DNA of 64,000 bases. Origin: Paragordius varius (Eukaryota > Animalia > Nematomorpha). The position numbers and the translations under genes were made by a program. Shown here piece after piece: positions 13,328 through 23,900 of this stretch. The DNA is taken from positions 2,790,001-2,854,000 of the forward strand of contig OZ176053.1 in NCBI GenBank assembly GCA_964247055.1. The letters run 5' to 3'. Each line of letters begins with the position of its first letter. The first letter of the stretch is position 1. The notes under the pieces were generated by a model. That model was not told where the DNA came from, made no database searches, and saw nothing but the letters and a program-made list of their open reading frames with translations.

Positions 13328-14142
13328 CTTAAAATAAGTCTTCATAATTTGTCAAATTATATTTGAACACATAAAATGGCTTTTATTCAACATTTAAATT
13401 TGATTCCGTGTCCTTGCTTAATTTACTGTGGAGCGTTCAATAGCAGTGGTTCAGGTAAAGATAATGCAAATTCTACAATTAAAGTATTATTGTATGGAAC
13501 ATAATTTGATTAAAAATGATTATAACCATTTCTATTCTATGTATTTTTTTCTGTTGTCCATAATATAAGTTTTCATTCAATATATTTATTTAATAATGAG
13601 ACTTCATAAAAAAGTATCATTGTGCACCGTCTTGTCTTCCAAATAATCGTTTCTGGCTGTATAAAACATTTTTATATTCTGGCTATTCATTGAGCCTTGT
13701 TTTTCTGGATGCTTTATAATATTGCGATTAGGTAATGGTATAAAATTATTTTCTAACCTTTTTTGACTTGGAATTTTGATCTTTGTCCTGTGATAAAAAA
13801 AGGATTCTAGGAGATCACATTTTTATAAATATTTCAATCGCTGGCAAAAGAGCTAACCAACAGTTCTACGCTATCCAAGCATTTTAACAACTAAATTTTC
13901 CACATCCAGGGGTAACAAATCAGTAGCTGTTTGAATAGCGTTGTGTATCTGCCAATAATGTTTTTATTAAGATTATTCGCTTAATTGATAAAAATATTTT
14001 TTGCCGCTTCTTGCATCACCCAGAGCACTTTGTGATGATTTCGTCTTTATTATTTTTTTTCTAGAATATTACAATCACTTCACCCTTTGTTCGTGCACAT
14101 GTAAATTTATTGTATAAGATACAAACAACTTGTAAGGCACAA
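13328..14142 (-). pseudogene. Inverted, internally deleted second copy of the same transposase
   Basis: The reverse complement aligns in blocks to about 11750-13218: 14085-14142 to 11750-11820, 13895-13985 to 12145-12255, 13620-13680 to 12715-12770, and 13328-13500 to 13020-13218. Confidence 0.8.
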
Positions 14143-14429
14143 ATTTTTTTATATTTATAATGTATTTATGTTAAAAATAAATAAATATTACAATAGATTT
14201 TTTGTATAAACATTTTTGGTTGTAACCCCCAATGACCCCCCCCTTCTCAGATTTGTCCCGCTTTTTCCTTCAAAAAATCTGGTCACCTTAGCCATAGGGC
14301 AATTTTAAAGCACTCTTAGGGCCGCATGCGGCCCGCGGGCCGCGGTTTGAGTATCACTGCTCTACACTTATCTAATGATAAATTATAGTTTTTTAAAGAC
14401 TCCAAAGCCTAAAAAAACACTTCCTTTAT

Positions 14430-15453
14430 TTCATTTTTTTTCGCCATACCTGTTTCCTAAATATCGAAATATGTGACTTAATTGATCTTTTTTGCTATAT
14501 CCAGAGTAGTGTCTAAAATGAGAGTGTAAAAAGTCGCCTCTTTTATTTTAGATAAAATTACTCTCTCAAACTCGTTGCAATGCAGTCTATAATTTCCTCT
14601 TGTATTATTGGACTCAAATATTTAATGTTAACCTTAGGTTTATCCAACACTTGCTTCATTATACTATCATATTTTGCAAGTTGAAGCTGACTTATAAAAT
14701 AACCATTGTAGATATTATCAAAAGTTTCACGATACCACGGAAAGACAGAGAATTTTTTGACAAAGATAATGTTATATTAACTAATCTTTCTAATACATTA
14801 ACTCAAAAATTTGTTTCGTTATTTAAGTTGTTTTTATAATCCCGCTCAATCGTCTTACCCTCTTTTCATTTATCATAAATAGAGCAGAAGTCCATGTGAT
14901 ACTCCTTCATGTATAGAAATTTTTTTGCATAGCGCTTTCAATTCCTCACACCCTCTCTCCAAATGTCATTACTGTCATTAGAGAACATCCAGCACGGTTC
15001 ACAATAGGCTGCATCAAAAATTTTATTGTAACATATCCATGATCTTTTTACAAGCCCAGATTTATGTCTGAAAATCAACGATTTTCTTGAAAAGGATCTC
15101 TTTTAAAAGATCCTGGGGGGTGAATTAAACGATATCAGAATATGTTTTTCAAATCAAACGACTCAAACTACGTTCATTAATATAACTCAAACTATCTAAA
15201 TCATCCACACTTTTGTTGTTAATCATACCCTTTTTTCATTTTGCTAGAGCTAGCATGAGGGCTAGTGACTCGAACTATCCAAATTATCTACACCATTGCT
15301 TTCAACTGTTTTTTGTTTCTCGTGTGAGCTAGCATCATAGGACACATTTTTCGAAATGGGTTTTACAAAATCTGTCATTTCTTTCATTTTTGAAACGCCT
15401 ATTGTGTTTTCCTTCGCACTTTTTCGTTTTTGCGCTCCGCTTAAGTATGGCAC
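14430..15453 (-). pseudogene. Decayed hAT-Tip100 (ZMYM1/DUF4371-like) transposase, N-terminal half
   Basis: MPYLSGAQKRK start; KRSWICYNKNFDAAYCEPCWMF (TTF-type zinc finger); VLERLVNITLSLSKNSLSFRG; KYLSPIIQEEII; FYTLILDTTLDIAKKDQLSHIFRY. Stops present. An end-like motif GGTTCGAAGGCCTG at about 16065 may belong to it. Confidence 0.85.
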
Positions 15454-17544
15454 TCAGAAATAAAATTTTTTTTAGAATTAAGTATGTAATAATTTTTTTT
15501 AAAACTATGCGGTTATTATGAAAACATGATGCGAATCTTCAAAATCTTTAAGTTAAGAGGTCGGCAACCTTTCCTTTTGTGCGGACCCCAAGGTAGTGAC
15601 CATAATATTTTTAAAATGATAAAACATAAACTATGACGTGCAGTAATTAACATGGGCATAATTATAAACCTATTTTACTATGACTTAATTCCTAATTCAT
15701 GAATGGGATAGCTTGTTTAGTGAAGCTTTCTCTATTTCGCTCCTTTGCATGGTCACATATTCGTTTTTCATATAAAAACATTGACAATATATGCGCGGAA
15801 TACGGGCCTACCTAGGAATCGCAGCGGAGAAACATCTTCACTAAAACTAATTCCTAAAAGTTGTATTGGAATTCGGATAAATAAAATTTTGACAGCTCTT
15901 TAGTCAGAATAATAAAATATTTTTTATGGAAATATGGCTTTTTGAAATTATGATAACCGGGATTCGAACTGGTCCCAAAAAAGTGGAATAGAACCGGGCT
16001 CTAATTTAAAAATGGAACAGGAATCGATTCCAAAAACAGGAACCAGGTTCTGGTTCGAAGGCCTGATAAATATGTATAAATGTACTAATTAAATGGAATC
16101 AATGTGCGGACCACCAAGATTTTTAAATTAGTGTGTGGTGAAAGTTTATCGAAAATTATATGTTTTAGAACTAAAAATAAATTTGAAAATAACATTCATC
16201 AAAGGTATAAAACATTATAAAAATAATGCACATTAATGTATACCAGCTAACAAATTTAGGCCAATTCACTTTACAGTAAATATGAAATAATAATCATTGT
16301 GTAAATGTATTTCATTCAGGATTCATCCATTGAAAAACATTTTTTACATAATTATTGTTATTTTTCATATTTTGCTGTAATATTAAAGTTAGTTGGCCTG
16401 CATTAAATTGCACATAATCAAAATGTGAGATTACTTGCTAGAGAATATTGTTATGATTGTTTTTCTTTTTTCCCTCCTTTATTTGTTCACTATTTAAACT
16501 GCCAATAAAGGAACTAACAATATCATTATGGCCAAAATGAAATGGATACTGAAAAATGCATTTTTTGCTCTGCTTTTTACTCAATAATATTATGAACCCG
16601 TTTCCTCATAAAAATTAAAAAATTGTCTTTCACACTAGATTGAAAAACAAACTATAATTTTACGTTATAGGAATATATTAATGCAAATGAGATTTAATTT
16701 GTAATTATTTTAATTTAACAGAGGCAAAAAAATTGATTATTTTAATTAACAGAGGCAAAAAAATTAGATCTGTCAAAATTTTGTGAATTCTCACAAAGCT
16801 ATAATACTATAATTTTTAATAACAAGATTATTTAGGACTCAAAAATTTATAAGCTTCACTTAATTTTTGGTTTTAACTATCTATTTTAATTTATTTATTA
16901 TTAACTAATTTCACAGGGTCACTGTTTTGCTTTACCGCCCCCGCACTGTTCCCCATAGCTACCCGTAGTTTAGCTACTGATTATAATTCACCACCAAAGA
17001 TTTTGTATAAATTGATTTTTTGATTATGCGCCTTCTTTATCAAAATTTTACTAAAAAATATTATAGTTTATAGAAATCAAATGCTAGTTTGTAATATATC
17101 ATTTTAAAGAGTAAAGAATCCATAAAATGCATTCTAATATGTTTTGCATTCATTAATATTAGAAATAGGAAGCGACAAACGCACGAAGCGAAAGCGTTTT
17201 TCTTAATTAATATATTTTTAAAACTAATGAATGAAAATAGCTTTCTAGAAGGCGTTGATTGTCCAAAAAAGATAATACAAATTTTTTTTGATTAAAACAT
17301 TTATTTATTGCTTTAAATCATTCAAAACAGCCATTTTTTGGTTTGTTTTTTGAAAAATCACTATCTCATCATTATTATTTTATTTTGTGTACGAAGCTTA
17401 TAATTTCAAAATTTTAATAAAAATATAGTTTAAGGTTTTATAATTCATATGAATTTTCTTTTCTGTGTCTTTATGTGTCAAACCAGTGGTTTCCAACCTT
17501 TTTTGGTTACGAACATCAAAAAAAATTAAGATAAAATTTTTTAA

Positions 17545-18141
17545 TCTATATATTTATAAAAATGGAAAATGCTGGCTTTGTGATCTGTTTCCGAAAAACC
17601 GGTAGACCCATTTAAATCCAAACATCGAAAAAACATGATTATTAATGAATGCCCCAACAAAAGCTTCGCCCTTTTTTTGAAATGGCTCCCAGTTTGGGCC
17701 CACCCCGTGTAAAAAACGGGTTTTATGAAATCAGAAATCCACAAAAATCGTGTCTTTGAGACAATTTTCCGGAAAACGTGTTGGACCATTCAATATCAAA
17801 TATGATTTTTTTTACTTATTTTCGATTGCGCCGAACATAGTCGTCTCGCTTTTTTAATTTAAATCCTCTTTTTACCCGCTACCCCCGTAAAATGCTATTT
17901 TTTTTCAAAAAAAATTAAGTTCACAAAAATAATTTTTTGAATCTATTTTTCCCCCAAGTAAACAATATATTAGTATGAATGCCCCGTTTTGAAATTCCTA
18001 TGAGATCATAGCTTTTAAATATATTTCGAAAGAATCCACATATGTGGATCATTTTGTTGTCCCTTTATTCAAATAGCCCCCCCCCCACCAGAAGTCCGAA
18101 GGACTTCCTCGGGCTGCGTAGCAGCACTAGATTTACGCTAG
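17545..18141 (+). mobile_element. Non-autonomous Helitron, copy 1
   Basis: A|TCTATATAT 5' end and CTAG|T 3' end, inserted between A and T. Hairpins GAAGTCC-GAA-GGACTTC and GCTGC-GTA-GCAGC lie just upstream of the end. Clear second copy at 40450-41007. Confidence 0.8.
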
Positions 18142-18208
18142 TAATATCATAAAAATCATAATCAATGAAATCCTATCTGCAATGTTGAAATATTTTTTCC
18201 ATTTCGGG

Positions 18209-19469
18209 CAGAGGCGTAGCTTGCGTTTCTGGCGCCCGGTGCATGAATCCGTGATGGCACCCCTTACCCCTTGGATTTTGAAAAATAATCAAATTTAAAA
18301 CGTGAGCGGGAAGAAATGTGCCGTCATAAACAGAAACATGTGAAAATAAACACCCCATTGAACAAGACGGCTTGCTTAGCAAAGGTATCAGTAATTAGTT
18401 TAAACTCGATGTTATATAAAAGCAGTATTCAAACTCCATCCAAAGTTGTTGGGGAGAGGTATTTTTAATCATTAATTATCTGAAAATATTGAGCCGCCGT
18501 TGGCAGCAAAGTCGAATTGATATTATAATTATTAGCATTATGCAAAAATGATTGTAGTTTATGTGCGGTATAATTTTCTTTCAATTTTCGTTTTTTATTT
18601 TGAGAACCGGTATATTTAAGCATTACCGATAATAATAATTCAATTAAATAATTATTTTTCATATTTAAACTATTATCTTATCCTGCCCTTCGAGGGAACG
18701 ATTGGTATAAAACCTTAAAATATTAATGCTTTAATATAGTATAAAGTATGAATTTCAGCCGGAACCGTTTTAGGGTTCAATTCCAAGTCAGTTTTTTCTG
18801 ATTTCTGTTTTTTCATTTTTTAATGAAGAATTTTTATTTCCAAAACGGTTCCACTATGTTTTGATTTAAAATCTCAATTTTGCGTTTTTTTGACGCAGAT
18901 AAACAAATATACGTTAAAACTATGAAAATAAACAATATAATTGTTTAACGGTTTAATCATAACTCTAGTTCTTTAGATATTAATAAAATATATTTGATGG
19001 CCATATGTTAAAATATATTAAGCTGTGTGAGTCATTTGGTATAATAAAAATAATTGAAAATAGATAAAATAAATGTAAATAATATTTGATATTTCTCAAA
19101 TGGATGATGGAATAATGAAAAAAGAAATTTCAAGAAGAAAAGAGTTCCGACGCAGCAAAAAAATGGTTACAAGGGAAACAAAAAGAGGAAAAAAAAACAA
19201 CGGCATAATGTATTTAGATGTAGACGGAAAGAAAAATTAACAACATTTATTTTGGAATTTGCTCTTTCTTATAATATCAATATTAAATTTGAATTACCTA
19301 ATGAGTGGGCATCGAGGAAGCATTAACCACTCATAAATGGGTGATTTTTTTAATGTATCAAAAATAATAACTTTAATGCTTATTTTTAAAAATAAAATCA
19401 AAACTTTTTAAAATCCGATCCTCACTAAAGCGCACGGTGCACCAGCGCTCCTTCCCCCTTATGCCACTG
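18209..19469. mobile_element. Non-autonomous hAT (Tip100-like CAGAGGCGTAG ends)
   Basis: TIR CAGAGGCGTAG / TTATGCCACTG; TSD ATTTCGGG / ATTTCCGG (7/8). The internal minus ORF contains MLKYTGSQNKKRKL, similar to Tip100 transposase N-termini. Confidence 0.7.
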
Positions 19470-19689
19470 ATTTCCGGAACAAATCTTGATAATTTGAACC
19501 GGAGTCCTCATTAACCTTCAATTTGTTTTCTATTTTAATTTTTTTAAATTCTCCAAATTTTTTGTGCCCCCTAAGTTTTTCTATAACCTCTAGGGGGTCG
19601 CCTTCGTTTTGGGAACCATTCTATTAAACATCTAACATAATATAAAACGCTATAATTAATTTCTCCGAAGAGAGAGTATCTATTTTATA

Positions 19690-19720
19690 CCGCGCCAGTA
19701 CAAAATATCTGGTCACATTA
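19690..19720. mobile_element. Solo right end of the Blackjack-like family
   Basis: AAAATATCTGGTCACATTA is identical to the right end of the 2978-4310 element; no partner end found. Confidence 0.5.
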
Positions 19721-20258
19721 TATTTATATTAATGTTAGATGTGATCAATAGAATATATACTTAAATTTTAGGGTTAGAAAAAACACGATATTTTGCAAAA
19801 ATGTTTAAAAAAATGGCATCATAGTATTTTGATATAAAACTTTTCATTCCAAACTATATTTTATTAAGATATTTCAACTTATTTATATGACCTGGGGTAT
19901 TTAAATGAGATTTGAATCCAAGTGTTAAAATGTAATTTGAAAACTTTACAAAGTCAATTCTGCCTGTTGTATCCTAATTTAAAAAATGAAGAAAAAATTG
20001 CGAGGTGGAAATGAGGATTTTCTGCAATTTTGTATTTTTTCAAAAATTGTAGGCGGTTAAAAGAAAAAAAATCATTTTAATTTGGCCCAAAAATTATATT
20101 TATTAATTTTTTAGTTTTAAATGGCTTATATAAAACTATCCAAAAACGCAATGTAGTATTAAATCGCTAACAGGCGATGTGCATATTATGGTATAAAAAT
20201 ATGTTTAACTCTGGAAGCTTTCAAATTACATACATATATTTGGAACAAAAGCAAAAGG

Positions 20259-20518
20259 TAGAGGCGTAGCCTGCATTTCTGGCGCCCGGTGCATGAATCC
20301 TTGATGGTTCCTTCTCCCCATATGCGATCCCTGCATTAAAAAGATAATAAATTCCGTGGTCACGACGAATAAAAATGGGTAATTTATATATGAATTATTT
20401 AAAAATAATAATTTTAAATACCTATTTTTTAAAACAAAATTAAAATTTTTTAAAATCCGGCACCCCTTCAACTGTGTCGCGCCGTGTATCAGCCCCTCTT
20501 TCCTTAGCTACCTCTCTG
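20259..20518. mobile_element. MITE derivative of the 18209-19469 family
   Basis: Near-identical left end AGAGGCGTAGC..TTTCTGGCGCCCGGTGCATGAATCC; right end TAGCTACCTCTCTG; TSD unclear. Confidence 0.6.
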
Positions 20519-20914
20519 GAGTAAAGATTTAATTGAGCGCTTTATTTTTGAATATAAAATTTTAAGCAAGGCATTTTTTATATATTCCATAAAATCTAGC
20601 ATATCATCGCAAAACGGCTTTTTGCTTATATTTTAAAATTAAATCTTTTAGTGAGGAAAAACAAATTTTTCTTATATCGTATTTTAGTGATGTTTTGCAA
20701 TGAAGCCCTCAACCATAAAAAATTTATTTAATATAATGTTTAATGCGGACCAATTGTCAAGAAAAGGTAATACCTTCATTAAAATACTCATATGAATCCA
20801 AAGGTATGTGGTTGGATGTTTATTCTGCAATTTCTTTCAAAATATATATCTAAAGTTTTTTACTTATGAATCAGACTTTATACCCTTATCGCAATAGTCG
20901 CATGAAGAAAACAC

Positions 20915-23900
20915 ATGTCTAAATTTGCGCCTCTTATTACACTTTTAAATGATAAAAATGCCAATGATGAGATTAAAATAAAAGGTTTGCAGGATATAAG
21001 TGAAAAATTGGAAGGGATTATCAATAGTGGGGAATATGGAGCTTTTCTCGAAGCGGCTACTCCTTGCTTTCTAAAAATACTTAGCGAAGAACCTATCAAT
21101 TTTATTGGCGAAAGTTTGGAGCATCAGATTCGTAAACAAATCTTGGATATAATATACCGTGTTCCTTGCAATGAAAACATGAAAATATTTTATAAACAGA
21201 TATTAGCTAATTTATTTACGCTGCTTAATTATGAAAATGAAACCAATTCTTTAATCATTGTGAAAATTATTCTTGAATTATTAAAACAATATCGTCCTCC
21301 TTTATCAAATGAAATACCACAATTTTTACAATTCTTAAGTGCAAAGATTAAGGATTTGAATAATAACTATCGAGCCGTTTTTAATCCCAAACCAAACATT
21401 TTTTTGGATACTTTGAAGAAGGATCAAATTGATTTTTTGTTAAAAGGTTTATATTCATCCACACTTGTCAGTGTAAATCAAGGAAACGATAAACCACCCC
21501 ATCAATTTACTCTAATTCCAAAATCTTTTTATTCGCTGAAAGTTCTTTCAGAATTACCAATTATAGTCGTGATCATCTATCAATTATATAAACCTAATCT
21601 CCACCAAGACATTGGTAATATGATACCGGCTCTGGTTCAATACATTAGTATTGACTCAAACAGTGCTGTAAAAAATGGACCTGCAAATTATGCAGCCAAT
21701 AACCCAATCATGCTGCATGATATTCATTGTGAATTCGTTACATCTCAAATCAAAATTCTTTCCTTCATTGCCTATATCATACGACCGTTTCAGGAAACGT
21801 TAACCCAGTTCTCTGAAGATTTAGTTAGCGGGATAGTCGCTTTATTACGTAACTGTCCGCCCGAATTAGCTAACATGAGAAAGGAAATTCTTATAGCACT
21901 GCGGCACTTACAATCTACAAGTTTAAGGATTAAATTTGTCCCATACCTTTCGGAGATTATGTCGCAACGTTTGCTGTTGGGAAACAGTGTCACTTGTTTT
22001 GAAACTTTATGGTTTGTTTTCCTGATCATTATTCCTTAATTAAATATAATAAAATTTTGACCGATTTTTTTATTATTAATTGGTTAACGATAAGTGAAAA
22101 ATTATAATCGCGACTTAAGTTTAACTATTATCAATAGCTATGCACAATTTTTTATATTTTATATTATTATTACAATATACAATTATCGCTAGATTTTTGA
22201 TTTTTAAAAATAATTATAGGCCAGAATATATTAAAATATACGAAATAATCCCTAAAATTACGAATACTTTGATTTTTAAGATTTAAATCTTGACTCAAAT
22301 TACTAAATAAAAATAATGTAGCTTTATTAGGCGATCTTTCATTTGCTTATTGAATGTTTTTATAAATATATGATAAAAGTTTTGTACGTCATGTTTTAAA
22401 TTTTTTTAGCCAAACTGATAATCGCCTGCATGGCCTATTTTGCGAAATTTATTTCTCTTCTATGGCGTTTATCCCATTTTTTTGAGATTCAAAAACTTAT
22501 TCTTTATTTATTAAGTTTTATTAAACGCAGATGTTCTTAACGTTTGTTTAGATGTTAGCTACGATTTTCTTTTCACATTTTGTAAAAATGATCAATGCTT
22601 ATGATATTATAAATAGTAAAAAACTTATGTATATTCATATATTTATTTTAGCCCATTAGCTTATAGTTCACTGGCGGATATGATTCATCATTTACGTCAA
22701 CACCTTACTTTGGCTCAGCTAATTTTGGCCGTTAACGTTTTTTCAAGGAATGTACAGGACGAAACTTTACCATATAGCATTCAAAACGTTTCCTGTAAAT
22801 TACTCCTTAACCTGGTGGAATGTATAAAAATGAGAACTGAAACGGAAAATGATGAAAAGGTTTTAGCATATCAATTTTATTATTCATATCTATCATACAT
22901 TAGATGGTATAGCGCAAGTTAAAATGGACTATTAAAGTTACATTAATTATTAATCCAGGACCATTTTAATCCCAAATATCTTAAAAAATAATTTTAGCAT
23001 TGGATGAAATTAAAAAATTTGCATTTCTTAAAGTTTTATTTTTTTTAAAAGTAAAATTGTAAAAAAATCCTCATTTCAAACTTTTTTACCTTCATCATTT
23101 CTTTAGTTTTTTTAAAATTGTGAATACAACAAAAATATAAACATTTATAGAAAGCTTTTAATTTACCATTTACTAGCAGATTTTAGATATTGAGTTTTTA
23201 TATTAGCTGTTTGCTTCTTTCATGTTTTTGCCGAAGTTGGGAGTATAGAAAATAAAAACCTCTAGTTTTAAGTTTCTTGTCTAATACAAGAGGAGAGGGT
23301 TGAATTAATTTTAACATGAAAAGCTTTTAAAACAATAGTTTGTTAGTACTATAAGCTATGGGTTAGAAAACTACCCCAAAACCGCGTTTATAAATATAAT
23401 GAAGTAATAAAAATGATGATTATTAGAATGGGCCTAAAATGGTTTTAATTGTTGATCATTGTATTGTTTGGGCAAAAGGCATGTTCTAGATGCAAATTTA
23501 GCCGGTACTTTTGCTTAAGTTATAAGAAAGCAGTTAATTTGATTATACATATATGCTTATTAATTATGAATGCATAGGGGCGCCTAACACTGGATCGTAT
23601 CTTGCGTACATTTATTCGGCGATTGGAAGTTATGGTGATGTATAAAATACCAGCTCTACGGGCCGACATTATAAAATTGGTGGAATCGAAGGGTATTACA
23701 AATACGTTTCAGGTTGCGGAAAACTTTTTGACTGTCTTGAATTACGAAGCTTTAAATAAATTCATGGACAATACAAATAGTATTCTCAAGTCACAACGAG
23801 TGACAGACAGCAGCAGTGATCTAATAATTTCATTATCCACTACGGCTATTTCCCTTTACAATGCAAATAATGACTTAAAGATTTTGTTTAAAACACTCGT

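Larger units (their letters stand above)
10786..14290 (+). mobile_element. Blackjack-like hAT transposon nested in the Buster element
   Basis: Perfect 13-bp TIR TAAGGTGACCAGA / TCTGGTCACCTTA; perfect 8-bp TSD GCCATAGG (10778-10785, 14291-14298); repeated GTCCCG subterminal motifs. Confidence 0.95.
8587..14359 (-). mobile_element. Buster/Charlie-subfamily hAT transposon (host of a nested hAT)
   Basis: TIRs CAGTGGTACTCA / TGAGTATCACTG; perfect 8-bp TSD CTCTACAC (8579-8586, 14360-14367) with the central TA typical of Buster; GGCCCGCGGGCCGC subterminal motif. Confidence 0.9.
17484..19621. mobile_element. Old hAT-type element hosting a Helitron and a Tip100-like element
   Basis: Left end CAGTGGTTTCCAACC; degenerate right end TTGGGAACCATTC; putative TSD TGTCAAAC / TATTAAAC (6/8). 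Confidence 0.45.
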
